DNA of 64,000 bases from a virus. Under the pieces are notes generated by a model that saw only the letters and a program-made list of their open reading frames with translations, searched no databases and was not told the DNA's origin. The translations under genes were made by a program, and so were the position numbers. The first letter of the stretch is position 1. Every line of letters begins with the position of its first letter. Below, in pieces: positions 10,355 to 20,663 of the stretch. Location: IMG/VR virus record IMGVR_UViG_2716884767_000001, positions 39,510 through 103,509 of that record. The stretch is one strand, 5' to 3'.

Positions 10355-11821
10355 ATGTCACATTTGATTATATCAAAGAAGAATGAGGTCTATCTAAAAA
10401 TAAATGCGGAACCTCATATCTATTATGAGTTGTCGGATCAATTCACCTTTGATATTCCAAATGCAAAGTTTTCACCAGCATATAAGAAGAAATATTGGGA
10501 CGGTAAGATAAGACTTTTTAATACTCAGAAGGGAGAAATATACGTTGGATTATTAGATCGAATTATACAATTCTGTAAAGATCATAGTTATACTTATGAG
10601 TTTGTTGATAGTGAATACTATGGACTACCCTTTGAGGTCAATGATTTTATATCATCTGAGGGTGTCAAAGACTATATGAATGCAATATCTAAATTTAAAC
10701 CTAGAGATTATCAAATCGAGGGAGTATACGACGCTTTAAAACATAATAGAAAATTATTGATATCTCCAACTGCTTCGGGTAAATCGTTGATGATATATTC
10801 GATTGTTCGATATTATGTTGGAAATAAGAAAAATATTCTGATAGTTGTTCCGACGACATCGTTAGTAGAACAGATGTATAAAGATTTTGAAGACTATGGT
10901 TGGAATGTGGGTTCATTTTGCCATAAGGTATACGCAGGTAAGGAAAGAGAGACGGACTCTCAAGTTATCATTACGACTTGGCAATCAATCTACAAACTCC
11001 CCAGAAAGTATTTTGAGAGATTCTCTGTGGTAATTGGGGATGAGGCGCACCAGTTTAAATCAAAGTCATTAATATCTATAATGTCAAAACTTGACAGTGC
11101 AAAGTATCGATTTGGATTTACAGGCACATTAGACGGAAGTGAGACTCATAAATGGGTTCTTGAGGGATTGTTCGGACCTTCCTATAAGATCATTAAAACT
11201 GACGAGCTCATGAAGAAAGGGCACCTTGCAAAACTAGATATCAACGTGCTTTTGTTGAAACACCCACCGAATAAATTTGAAAATTTTGAGGAAGAAGTTC
11301 AGTATATAATTGGACATGGAAAACGAAATAACTTCATTAAAAACCTTGCACTCGATCTCAAAGGCAATACTTTGATACTGTTTGCAAGAGTTGAAAAACA
11401 TGGAGAACCTCTTTACAATTTGATAAATAGTAACAACATTATTGAAAATCGAAATGTCTTTTTTATTCATGGTGGAGTGGAAACCGAGGACAGGGAAAAA
11501 GTTCGAGAAATCACTGAAAAAGAGAATGATGCTATTATCGTTGCCTCGTACGGGACTTTTTCCACTGGGATTAATATCAAAAATTTACACAATATAATTT
11601 TTGCATCCCCCTCAAAATCAAGAATACGTAATTTACAGTCAATCGGAAGAGTTCTAAGAAAAGGAAACCAGAAGACAAGAGCAACTCTTTACGATATTGC
11701 TGATGACATTAGTTATAAATCTCGAAAAAATTATACTCTAAACCACTTAATTGAAAGAATAAAAATTTACAATGAAGAAAATTTTGATTATGATATAGTC
11801 AACATACCACTTAAAAAATAA
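10355..11821 (+). CDS. uvsW: SF2 helicase UvsW
   Basis: SPTASGKS, DEAH, QSIGRVLR. Confidence 0.96.
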   Translation: MSHLIISKKNEVYLKINAEPHIYYELSDQFTFDIPNAKFSPAYKKKYWDGKIRLFNTQKGEIYVGLLDRIIQFCKDHSYTYEFVDSEYYGLPFEVNDFISSEGVKDYMNAISKFKPRDYQIEGVYDALKHNRKLLISPTASGKSLMIYSIVRYYVGNKKNILIVVPTTSLVEQMYKDFEDYGWNVGSFCHKVYAGKERETDSQVIITTWQSIYKLPRKYFERFSVVIGDEAHQFKSKSLISIMSKLDSAKYRFGFTGTLDGSETHKWVLEGLFGPSYKIIKTDELMKKGHLAKLDINVLLLKHPPNKFENFEEEVQYIIGHGKRNNFIKNLALDLKGNTLILFARVEKHGEPLYNLINSNNIIENRNVFFIHGGVETEDREKVREITEKENDAIIVASYGTFSTGINIKNLHNIIFASPSKSRIRNLQSIGRVLRKGNQKTRATLYDIADDISYKSRKNYTLNHLIERIKIYNEENFDYDIVNIPLKK

Positions 11822-12225
11822 TGGGAGAAGAATTTTACGCAATACTCAAGTTAGTTTCAGGAGAAGAAATCTTCTCACTTATCGTTGTGGATAATGAAAA
11901 TGATGATGATACTGTGATTGTCCTTCAAAATCCTGTTATCATGTGGTCAGTTGTAAGTCCAGCTGGAACTTTTGTTAAAGTTAAACCTTGGATGGAATTA
12001 CCTGATGAGGATATTTTTATAATAAGACTTGATAAAGTCATCACTATGACAGAATCAAATGATAAAAAATTAATTAATTTATATAACCACTACATTAATG
12101 ATGAGGAACCTATTTACAAAGAAAATGGTTTGATAAAACCAAATTATGAAATGGGTTACATTTCTTCGGTTGAAGAAGCTCGTAAGAATTTAGAGAAAGT
12201 CTTTAAGCTTAATAAAGAAACATAA
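11821..12225 (+). CDS. conserved Sm-like hypothetical protein
   Basis: LKLVSGEEI start; usual position between uvsW and g55. Confidence 0.7.
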   Translation: MGEEFYAILKLVSGEEIFSLIVVDNENDDDTVIVLQNPVIMWSVVSPAGTFVKVKPWMELPDEDIFIIRLDKVITMTESNDKKLINLYNHYINDEEPIYKENGLIKPNYEMGYISSVEEARKNLEKVFKLNKET

Positions 12226-12281
12226 CTATATTATATCCCTTCCAAACCTTACAAAGGTTATTGTACACATATTTACACTAC

Positions 12282-12309
12282 TTGTCAAGTATCCAAAATA
12301 TGTTATAAT
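12282..12309 (+). promoter_or_regulatory. sigma70-like promoter for g55
   Basis: TTGTCA-N16-TATAAT with TG extension. Confidence 0.6.
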
Positions 12310-12334
12310 ATTCATATGAAAACAATAATTTGTT

Positions 12335-12856
12335 ATGCCCAGAAAAAAGTCAGAACACTATGTAAATAACAAGGAATTACTTCAAGCAATAACAATTTAT
12401 AGATCAAAGGTTTTAATTGCTAAAAGTGAATATATTAAGAAATATGATCAAGATCCACCTAAGTCAGGACCGTGGGAGGGTAAACCCCCTATTTCAAATT
12501 ATCTTGGTTCTTGTTTCTTAAAGATCGCAACACACTTGTCGTATAAACCGAACTTTGTTAATTATATGTTCCGTGAAGACATGATATCGGATGGAATCGA
12601 AAATTGTGTTCAGTACATACATAACTTTGATCCTGAGAAGTCTAAAAATCCTTTTGCTTATTTTACACAGGTAATACATTATGCATTCCTTAGACGTATT
12701 CAAAAAGAAAAGAAACAATTAGATATTAAAACAAAGATTATTGAAAGAAGTGGATTTGACGAAGTTATGGCAGTTGATGATAATGCAATGTCAGGAAGTA
12801 GTTCTGATTTCAATACTATTAAAGATAATATTCAATATCGTAATAATAATCGATGA
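12335..12856 (+). CDS. g55: late sigma factor gp55
   Basis: HYVNNKE, EDMISDGIENC, NPFAYFTQ, AFLRRIQKEKKQ. Confidence 0.96.
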   Translation: MPRKKSEHYVNNKELLQAITIYRSKVLIAKSEYIKKYDQDPPKSGPWEGKPPISNYLGSCFLKIATHLSYKPNFVNYMFREDMISDGIENCVQYIHNFDPEKSKNPFAYFTQVIHYAFLRRIQKEKKQLDIKTKIIERSGFDEVMAVDDNAMSGSSSDFNTIKDNIQYRNNNR

Positions 12857-12969
12857 AACTAGGATTAATTGGAATTATTTTTATTATGCTTTTACATTTT
12901 ATAGGTATATCTGTGTCAGAATTTTACACAAATCCGAATGACAATGAAATTTTATGGAGAGATGAATGA
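12853..12969 (+). CDS. small single-TM protein (38 aa, not in ORF track)
   Basis: ATGA overlaps at both ends; MKLGLIGIIFIMLLHFIGISV. Confidence 0.55.
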   Translation: MKLGLIGIIFIMLLHFIGISVSEFYTNPNDNEILWRDE

Positions 12970-14000
12970 AAGTTGCCATAATTACAGATACTCATTACGG
13001 TGCACGTAAGGGATCTACATCCCTTCATGAATACTTTCAGTTATTTTATGATAATGTATTTTTTCCTACTTTAGAAAAAGAGGGTGTAGATACCATAATT
13101 CATATGGGAGACATATTTGATAGTCGTAAATCAATCGATTATCAGAGTTTGGAGTGGTCAAAGAAAGTTGTTTTTGATCCAATGAGAAAGTATAAGGTCT
13201 ATGCAATTACTGGTAATCATGATTGTTATTACAAAAATACTAATTATGTAAATTCACCAGAACTCTTGTTAAATGATTATTCAAATATATCAACTTTCTC
13301 AAAAGCAACTGAAATTAATTTAAATGGATTAGATATATTATTATTACCTTGGATTAATTCTGAAAATTATGAGCATACAACTAATCTAATCAGTGAAACC
13401 AAAAGTAAGGTGGCAATGGGTCATCTCGAACTGAATGGATTTAGAGCTACTCGTGGTCATATGATGGAGAATGGAATGGATGTTGATATATTCGATAAGT
13501 TTGATGTAGTTTATTCTGGACATTTTCATACAAGATCAACTAACGGAAAGATACATTACTTAGGTAATCCATATGAGATGTATTGGAATGATGTAAATGA
13601 TACAAGAGGATTTCATATCTTTGATACGGATGACCTCACTCATACTCCAGTTAACAATCCTTATAAATTATTCTATAACGTATATTATGAAGATAGTAAT
13701 TATAAATTATTTAATACGACTGAATATAAAAATAAAATTGTTAAATTGATCGTTCGTAAAAAATCTGATCCTAAAAACTTTGAAAAATTTGTAGACAAAC
13801 TTTACTCTTCTGGAATTAAAGATTTAAAAATAATTGAAAATTTTGCAATAGAGGAGGGTGAGAATTTTGAAATAGAGGAAGAGGAGAGTACAATTTCAAT
13901 ATTAAATCGTTATATTGATGAATCTGATATTGAATTTGATAAGAATATTATCAAAAATATTTTTCAAGATCTTTATCGACAAGCTTGCGAGGTAGAGTAA
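12966..14000 (+). CDS. g47: recombination nuclease gp47 (Mre11-like)
   Basis: TDTHYG, GDIFD, GNHD, GHFH metallophosphoesterase motifs. Confidence 0.96.
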   Translation: MKVAIITDTHYGARKGSTSLHEYFQLFYDNVFFPTLEKEGVDTIIHMGDIFDSRKSIDYQSLEWSKKVVFDPMRKYKVYAITGNHDCYYKNTNYVNSPELLLNDYSNISTFSKATEINLNGLDILLLPWINSENYEHTTNLISETKSKVAMGHLELNGFRATRGHMMENGMDVDIFDKFDVVYSGHFHTRSTNGKIHYLGNPYEMYWNDVNDTRGFHIFDTDDLTHTPVNNPYKLFYNVYYEDSNYKLFNTTEYKNKIVKLIVRKKSDPKNFEKFVDKLYSSGIKDLKIIENFAIEEGENFEIEEEESTISILNRYIDESDIEFDKNIIKNIFQDLYRQACEVE

Positions 14001-14257
14001 TGTATCTCTTAACACTCAAAAATAAAAGAGATGAGGGAGTATACGCTGTAGATGATCGGCGTGGAAATCTTGTTTTGTTTTTATTTGAGGATGAAGATGA
14101 TGCGACTCGATATGCTATGATGTTAGAAGAAGATGAACAAAAAGAAATGGTCGTTGTTGAAATTGATGATGATCTTGCATTGAAAACATGTAAAATGAAC
14201 AATTACAAGTATGCAGTAATTACACCTAATGACATTGTTATTCCACCCAAAAAATGA
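14000..14257 (+). CDS. conserved hypothetical protein
   Basis: TAATG coupling; LFEDEDDATRYAMML. Confidence 0.7.
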   Translation: MYLLTLKNKRDEGVYAVDDRRGNLVLFLFEDEDDATRYAMMLEEDEQKEMVVVEIDDDLALKTCKMNNYKYAVITPNDIVIPPKK

Positions 14258-15984
14258 TAACTTTTAAAACTATAAAATGGAAAAATTTTCTTTCAACTGG
14301 TGATCACTGGAATGAAATTAATTTTTTAGAAAAAAATACAAACTTAATAATCGGCACAAACGGTTCTGGTAAGTCTACAATGTTGGATGCTCTAACATTT
14401 GCTTTATTCAATAAACCTTTTCGTAAGATAAACAAATCACAGTTGATGAATAGTGCAAATGAAAGAGATTGTCTAGTTGAATTAGACTTTTCTGTGAATA
14501 ATAGAGATTATATTGTTCGTCGAGGAATGAAACCAAATATCTTTGATATTGAAATCAATGGTAACCTAATGAATCGACAGGCAGATGATAGATCTAATCA
14601 AAAAATATTAGAGGAAAGTATTCTAAAGGTAAATTATAAATCATTTACACAGATTGTAATATTGGGTAGTAGTACGTTTGTTCCATTTATGCAGTTAAGT
14701 GGGTCAAATCGGAGAGATGTGATAGAGGATCTCTTAGATATACGTATTTTCTCTGCAATGAATCAGTTAATTAAAGATCAAATTAGAGAGAAAAAAGAAA
14801 AGGTAAGATCTCTTGATCTCAAAAAAGATAACCTAAAAGATAAAATGACAATGCAAAAGAATTTTATCAAAGAATTGGAGGATAGGGGTAAGAGTGATAT
14901 TACAATTAGTAAAGATAAAATTAATACTTTAATCACTGAAACTGATAATTATGTTACGACTAATGAGGGGTTAGAACTTGAGGTAACTGGTCTCATAGAG
15001 GATCAAGAAAAGGTTACAGGTGCAGGAAAAAAGTTACTAAAGCTTAACAATTTAAAGGGTAAATTATCTAATAAAGTAACAACCCTTACTAAAGAACATA
15101 AGTTCTTTAAAGATAATGTATCATGCCCTACATGTACTCAACCAATAGAGGAAGAGTTTCGTTTAAATAGAATTACTGACGTTCAAACTAAAGCTAAGGA
15201 ACTTAAGAAAGGTTATAAAGACCTTGAAGAGACCATCAAAAAAGAGCAAGACCGAGAACGTCAGTTTCAAAAATTATCAAAGGAGATTACTAAACTCAAT
15301 AATGACATTTCTCAAAATAACACTCGCATCTCTTTTAACCAAAGACAAATCAGAGATCTTGAATCAGAAATTCAAATTACTACCGAGCAATTTAAAAACA
15401 GAAATACTGAACATGAAAAACTAAAAGAGTTTAAGGACAATCTTAAAGATACAATTGATGAACTTTCAGTTCATCGAGAAGATATAAATCACCACGACTT
15501 TGCATATTCCCTACTCAAAGATGATGGTGTAAAAACAAAAATTATAAAAAAATATCTACCATTTATCAATCAACAGGTAAATCGATACTTGCAATTGATG
15601 GATTTTTATATTAATTTTACTTTAGATGAAGAGTTTAGAGAGACTGTAAAATCTCCTATTCATGAAGACTTCTCTTATGCATCCTTTAGTGAAGGTGAAA
15701 AGATGAGAATTGATTTAGCACTTTTGTTTACTTGGAGAGAAGTTGCAAGAGTTAAAAATTCTGTTAACACAAATCTGTTAATTATGGACGAAGTATTTGA
15801 TTCATCTCTTGATGGATTTGGGACAGATGAATTTCTCAAAATTATTCGTTATATTATAAAGGGTGCTAATATATTTGTGATATCACATAAGTCTGACTTA
15901 AATGATAAGTTCGAAAATGTAATTAAATTTGATAAAGTCAAAGGATTTTCAAAAATTTGTTCTTCTCAACATTATGAACAGTAA
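14254..15984 (+). CDS. g46: recombination ATPase gp46 (Rad50-like)
   Basis: GTNGSGKS, CPTC hook, FSEGEK signature, MDEVFD. Confidence 0.97.
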   Translation: MITFKTIKWKNFLSTGDHWNEINFLEKNTNLIIGTNGSGKSTMLDALTFALFNKPFRKINKSQLMNSANERDCLVELDFSVNNRDYIVRRGMKPNIFDIEINGNLMNRQADDRSNQKILEESILKVNYKSFTQIVILGSSTFVPFMQLSGSNRRDVIEDLLDIRIFSAMNQLIKDQIREKKEKVRSLDLKKDNLKDKMTMQKNFIKELEDRGKSDITISKDKINTLITETDNYVTTNEGLELEVTGLIEDQEKVTGAGKKLLKLNNLKGKLSNKVTTLTKEHKFFKDNVSCPTCTQPIEEEFRLNRITDVQTKAKELKKGYKDLEETIKKEQDRERQFQKLSKEITKLNNDISQNNTRISFNQRQIRDLESEIQITTEQFKNRNTEHEKLKEFKDNLKDTIDELSVHREDINHHDFAYSLLKDDGVKTKIIKKYLPFINQQVNRYLQLMDFYINFTLDEEFRETVKSPIHEDFSYASFSEGEKMRIDLALLFTWREVARVKNSVNTNLLIMDEVFDSSLDGFGTDEFLKIIRYIIKGANIFVISHKSDLNDKFENVIKFDKVKGFSKICSSQHYEQ

Positions 15985-16015
15985 CTGCTAAATAATTTTA
16001 GATTCGGTTAACCGT

Positions 16016-16264
16016 ATGCTTTTACAAGAGGCTTGTAATTCTCTAAAATTAGAATGTGCGTTGAGAGAATTGGGGTTTGTAGATATAGGATGGAAATGTG
16101 TTGCACATGCAGGTATATTTTTTGTACAACCCATGGGTATACCTGACAACCCAGAAGGGGACTTACTTGGATTTGCATTGACAGTTCCCTATGCAAGAGA
16201 TTATAATAAAATTAAACTAATGACCACGGCAAAAAAAGCACTCGATTATGCTCAAGGAATATGA
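16016..16264 (+). CDS. hypothetical protein
   Basis: 82 aa ORF with ATGA overlap to the next ORF. Confidence 0.6.
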   Translation: MLLQEACNSLKLECALRELGFVDIGWKCVAHAGIFFVQPMGIPDNPEGDLLGFALTVPYARDYNKIKLMTTAKKALDYAQGI

Positions 16265-16425
16265 ACACACCTAACTGGCAACACCACTCCAAGAAGGAGA
16301 AAAAACGAAAACTTAAACCACAAGCTCTACGTTCTGCAAGAGAGAGACGTAGACAGTTATTAAAGTGTCTACTCAACCCTGCCAATGGTAGGGTTTCTTT
16401 GTATAATGAGTATATCAGACAATAA
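16261..16425 (+). CDS. small basic hypothetical protein (54 aa, not in ORF track)
   Basis: MNTPNWQHHSKKEKKRKLKPQALRSARERRRQL; AAGGA RBS. Confidence 0.6.
   Translation: MNTPNWQHHSKKEKKRKLKPQALRSARERRRQLLKCLLNPANGRVSLYNEYIRQ
16353..16417 (+). promoter_or_regulatory. phage early-type promoter, copy 1
   Basis: ACAGTT-N4-AAGTGTCTAC; TATAAT begins 49 nt after motif start, followed by GAGTATATCA. Confidence 0.65.
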
Positions 16426-16430
16426 TCCTC

Positions 16431-18644
16431 ATGACCATCCAATACGAAATCAAATCTCAATTAGCAAAGTTACTTGCAACAGAAGACCTTGTTGTTGAGC
16501 ACAAGCAAGTTCAGACTGCATCGTTCAATGTTGTAAGTCGAGTATTGACTCTACCTATGTGGAACAATACAACAGAAGAAGTTGTTGATATGTTGGTAAG
16601 TCATGAAGTAGGACACGCACTCTATACTCCTACTGACGAGTGGTATAAGGAATATAAGATCAATCCAAACGTTGTTAATGTTGTAGAGGATGCACGTATT
16701 GAGAAGTTAATGAAACGTCGTTATGAGGGTATCACAAAGACTTTCTACAAAGGATATACAGAATTACATAGTCAAGATTTCTTTGAAGTTAAGAAGAAAG
16801 ATATCTCTAAGTTGAGTCTTGCTGATCGTATTAACCTATTCTTTAAGATTGGATCACACTATAGAATTTCCTTCACAGAATATGAGCAAACACTTGTAGA
16901 TCGTGTTGCAGAATGTGAAACATTCCAAGATGTATTGGAAGTATCTAAAGATATTTACGAGTATTGTATGGAAGAGATTGAGAAGAGAAAACAAGAGCAA
17001 GAGATAGAGCAAGATGCAGGACTAGAGATGGATAGTGGTGATGGTCAAAATAGTGGTGGAACAGGATCAGAACTTGAAGATGTAAAAGACGATTGGTATG
17101 ATGAAGATGGTAATATGACTGAACCTGATGAAGATGGTTCTGATGTTGAAAGTCATCAAGTTAGACCAGAAGGAATTAGTGGTGGTGGTTCTCAAATGGG
17201 AACTGGTGAATCAGAAATTGCTGAGACTGCTGAGAGTCTTGAGAGAGCATTAAAGAATCTTGCAGTTATGGAAGGTCTAGAAAATCACTATCTAGAATTA
17301 CCTGATGTAGATACAGATCAAATCATTATCGACAATGATGTTATTCATGCAATATGTGATGCTCACTTCGAATCCATTCGTAATGACTTTGAAGAAAAAA
17401 GTAAGATAGTAGGTTTAGAAAGAGATTGGTCATTGTATAGTTTGGAAGAATCAATCAAGAGTATGGCAGAAACAGATAAAGAGTTTCTTAAGTTTAAGAA
17501 AGAAGCACAGAAAGAAGTCAATTATCTTGTTAAAGAATTTGAGATGAAGAAGTCTGCAGGTGCCTATGCTCGTGCTACTACAAGTCGTACTGGTATTCTT
17601 GATACAAGTAAATTACACACTTACAAATACAACGAAGACTTATTTAAAAAAGTTTCTATTCTTCCAGATGGTAAAAATCATGGATTGATATTTGTTCTTG
17701 ATTGGTCTGGTTCAATGTCTCGTGAGATGTTGGATACTATCAAACAACTTTACAATCTAATTTGGTTCTGCAACAAAGTTCAAATACCTTTTGAGGTTTA
17801 TGCTTTCACTGAAAACTTTCCTAATCAAGATGAAAATGGTATTCCGAAAGAATCTTATGAACCAAAAAATGGATTGTTTTCAATTAGACCTGGTTTTAGT
17901 TTGATGAATTTATTTACCAGTAAAGTTCGTGGTAAAAACTTAGAAAATCAATTAAAGAATATATTCTATATTGCTACAGCATTTAATAATTTTAATGGAG
18001 GTAGAGTCGTTCCTTTTGGTATGAGTTTATCAGGTACACCACTTAATGAGTCAATCGTAGCACTACACAAAATCATTCCACAGTTCCGTAAAGAGAATGG
18101 TGTTGAGAAAGTCAATTGTGTAATACTTACAGATGGTGAAGCATATCAATTAAATTATCATCAAGAAGTTCAAAGGAACTGGGAAGATACACCATACATG
18201 GGGTCACGTTCAATAGACAACAGTTGTTTCCTACGTAATCGTAAAACAGGTAAAACATATCGAACAGGTGACAACTGGTCTACATTCACACCAATTCTAC
18301 TTCAAGACCTTCGTGATACTTATCCTGATGTAAACTTTGTTGGTATTCGCATCATGTCACCAAGAGACCTTTCTAGTTTCCTTCGCATCAACTGTGATGA
18401 CTATAATAGTCCAGATGTTGAAAAGCATAGACTTTCTTGGAAAAAGACAAAAGCAGTTGCAATTAAAGGATGTGGATATCATGTTTACTTTGGATTATCA
18501 TCTGCTGCCCTTTCAAATGATTCTGAATTTGAGGTCGAAGAGGGTGCAACCAAGGCACAAATCAAGAGAGCATTTACTAAGTCATTGACTGCAAAGAAAA
18601 TGAACAAGAAAATCTTGAATGAGTTTGTAACCATGATTGCCTAA
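16431..18644 (+). CDS. CobT-like protein: metallopeptidase-like N-terminus plus VWA domain
   Basis: HEVGH, NVVEDARIE, acidic linker, DWSGSM MIDAS, LSGTPL, ILTDGE. Confidence 0.85.
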   Translation: MTIQYEIKSQLAKLLATEDLVVEHKQVQTASFNVVSRVLTLPMWNNTTEEVVDMLVSHEVGHALYTPTDEWYKEYKINPNVVNVVEDARIEKLMKRRYEGITKTFYKGYTELHSQDFFEVKKKDISKLSLADRINLFFKIGSHYRISFTEYEQTLVDRVAECETFQDVLEVSKDIYEYCMEEIEKRKQEQEIEQDAGLEMDSGDGQNSGGTGSELEDVKDDWYDEDGNMTEPDEDGSDVESHQVRPEGISGGGSQMGTGESEIAETAESLERALKNLAVMEGLENHYLELPDVDTDQIIIDNDVIHAICDAHFESIRNDFEEKSKIVGLERDWSLYSLEESIKSMAETDKEFLKFKKEAQKEVNYLVKEFEMKKSAGAYARATTSRTGILDTSKLHTYKYNEDLFKKVSILPDGKNHGLIFVLDWSGSMSREMLDTIKQLYNLIWFCNKVQIPFEVYAFTENFPNQDENGIPKESYEPKNGLFSIRPGFSLMNLFTSKVRGKNLENQLKNIFYIATAFNNFNGGRVVPFGMSLSGTPLNESIVALHKIIPQFRKENGVEKVNCVILTDGEAYQLNYHQEVQRNWEDTPYMGSRSIDNSCFLRNRKTGKTYRTGDNWSTFTPILLQDLRDTYPDVNFVGIRIMSPRDLSSFLRINCDDYNSPDVEKHRLSWKKTKAVAIKGCGYHVYFGLSSAALSNDSEFEVEEGATKAQIKRAFTKSLTAKKMNKKILNEFVTMIA

Positions 18645-18667
18645 ATATAAAAAAAGTGTCTAGTGAA

Positions 18668-19159
18668 ATGAAGACCTATAAAGAATTCATGCAAGAGAGT
18701 AGTCTCTCTCGAATCAAAAGTAAATCTGATAAGGGTGGTATTGCTACAATGTCCGCATCCAGAGCAGATAAGTCTGCAAAGGAAAATCGTGCAAGGGCAA
18801 AACAATTAGACCGAGATATTCGTGGTAGAGGATTAGGTGGTGCTACAAAGGTAACTGGTTCATATGTTGAGAAAGATGATAAGACTGGTAAAGAGAAGAA
18901 AGTAAAGGAGAGGAGTCATGTAGTCTCCTCTGGTAAGATGGGTAAGAGAAAGTTTAAGAAAACAGTCAAGGCACTTGGTAAAAAGTACGGACAAGATTCT
19001 GTGTTGACACAAACGAAAAAAACTGGTACACTATCAGCAACAAGAAAAGGTGGACTTGGCAAATCAAAAAATATAAAACTAGGAAAATTTAAACCACAGG
19101 GTAAAAACCCAGAGGGTCAATCTCAAATCAAAGGCAAAACTTTCACATACGGAAAATGA
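18668..19159 (+). CDS. basic protein with T4-like capsid-targeting N-terminus
   Basis: MKTYKEFMQE start; CTAAATA at 18641; SASR...EN...GSYVE...ERS...YGQDSV pattern. Confidence 0.7.
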   Translation: MKTYKEFMQESSLSRIKSKSDKGGIATMSASRADKSAKENRARAKQLDRDIRGRGLGGATKVTGSYVEKDDKTGKEKKVKERSHVVSSGKMGKRKFKKTVKALGKKYGQDSVLTQTKKTGTLSATRKGGLGKSKNIKLGKFKPQGKNPEGQSQIKGKTFTYGK

Positions 19160-19404
19160 CAACACCACTTTACGATGACTCCAATTGGAGAGAAGAATAT
19201 AAAAGTTACATAAGTAACAAGATGGAACTTGATTTGCTAGAGAATGGACCTAAGAGTCTATCTCAATCTTGGCATCTTCAAGCACTTTATTCAGACTGGA
19301 AAAAAATGAAGGGATATAATAAATTAGATCCAAAAGAAAATAAAGGTCAACTTCAATCTTCTATGACTGAATTTTTTCAAAGTCAAAAAGATCAGGGTAT
19401 ATAA
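19156..19404 (+). CDS. hypothetical protein
   Basis: ATGA overlap; LLENGPKSLSQSW. Confidence 0.7.
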   Translation: MTTPLYDDSNWREEYKSYISNKMELDLLENGPKSLSQSWHLQALYSDWKKMKGYNKLDPKENKGQLQSSMTEFFQSQKDQGI

Positions 19405-19405
19405 A

Positions 19406-19470
19406 CCAGTTAAATAAGTGGCACACACATGGTTGTTTTGATATTGATATCGATTATAATAAGTATATCA
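19406..19470 (+). promoter_or_regulatory. phage early-type promoter, copy 2
   Basis: CCAGTT-N4-AAGTGGCAC; TATAAT begins 49 nt after motif start, followed by AAGTATATCA. Confidence 0.65.
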
Positions 19471-19486
19471 AACAAAGAACTACATC

Positions 19487-20596
19487 ATGACTTACACTCC
19501 CTTCACTGTTAAAATGACTGAAGAGCAAATTACTGACAAGTTAGTATCACTTTATGGATCAGAAGTTACTACTGCAGATATCAAAGCATTTTGCTCTATG
19601 AATGACATTCATTATAACACTGTCACTCGCAAGTTGCAAAAATATAAAGTAACAAAAGGTAAATGGAATCTTGAAGTTACACAAGAAGCAGTTGAGCAGA
19701 TTGAAAAAACATTCAATGCACCATCCGCACCAGTTCAAGAGAAGAACTTAGTTCCAACAAAAGATGATACATTTGTTCCTTTTGGTGGTTTCAAAGATAT
19801 CAAAAAGATTATTCAATCCAAGCAATTCTATCCTGCATTCATCACGGGTCTATCAGGTAATGGTAAAACATTTTCTGTTGAGCAAGCATGTGCACAACTA
19901 AATAGGGAGTTAATTAGAGTTAATATTACGATAGAGACAGATGAAGACGATCTTATTGGTGGGTTTCGTCTTGTTGATGGTAACACTGTTTGGCACAATG
20001 GACCAGTTATCGAATCTTTGGAGAGGGGAGCTATACTCCTTCTAGATGAGATTGATTTAGCATCAAACAAGATTCTATGTTTACAATCTATTCTTGAAGG
20101 TAAGGGTATCTTCTTGAAGAAGATAGGTAGATGGGTAAAACCTGCTGCAGGATTCAATGTCATTGCGACTGCGAATACAAAAGGTAAAGGTTCTGACGAT
20201 GGTAGATTCATAGGAACGAATGTTCTTAATGAAGCATTTCTTGAAAGATTCCCTGTAACTTTTGAGCAATCATATCCATCAGTTAAGATTGAAGAGAAGT
20301 TATTAAATTTACATGCTGCAAGTGTAAATGTTTCTGATGATAAGTTTATCAAAAAACTTGTTGATTGGGCAGACATCATTCGTAAGACATTCTATGATGG
20401 TGGTATCGAAGAGATCATTAGCACTCGTCGTCTTGTTCACATCATTCGTGCATTCTCTATCTTTAAAGATAAGGCAAAGGCAATTCAAGTTTGTACAAAT
20501 CGTTTTGATGATGAAACAAAGCAATCATTCATGGAACTTTATGACAAAGTAGATGCTGACTTTAACCTACCAGTTGACCAACAGTCAGGAGAGTGA
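19487..20596 (+). CDS. cobS: CobS/MoxR-like AAA+ ATPase
   Basis: GLSGNGKT, LLLDEID, ATANTKGKG, NEAFLERF, ISTRRL. Confidence 0.9.
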   Translation: MTYTPFTVKMTEEQITDKLVSLYGSEVTTADIKAFCSMNDIHYNTVTRKLQKYKVTKGKWNLEVTQEAVEQIEKTFNAPSAPVQEKNLVPTKDDTFVPFGGFKDIKKIIQSKQFYPAFITGLSGNGKTFSVEQACAQLNRELIRVNITIETDEDDLIGGFRLVDGNTVWHNGPVIESLERGAILLLDEIDLASNKILCLQSILEGKGIFLKKIGRWVKPAAGFNVIATANTKGKGSDDGRFIGTNVLNEAFLERFPVTFEQSYPSVKIEEKLLNLHAASVNVSDDKFIKKLVDWADIIRKTFYDGGIEEIISTRRLVHIIRAFSIFKDKAKAIQVCTNRFDDETKQSFMELYDKVDADFNLPVDQQSGE

Positions 20597-20602
20597 TATA
20601 AT
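20574..20602 (+). promoter_or_regulatory. sigma70-like promoter
   Basis: TTGACC-N17-TATAAT with TG extension. Confidence 0.65.
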
Positions 20603-20663
20603 GAATGCATGGAGTTTATTGTATGATATTCTCAATGGCACATTTGATAAGGAGTATCCAATC

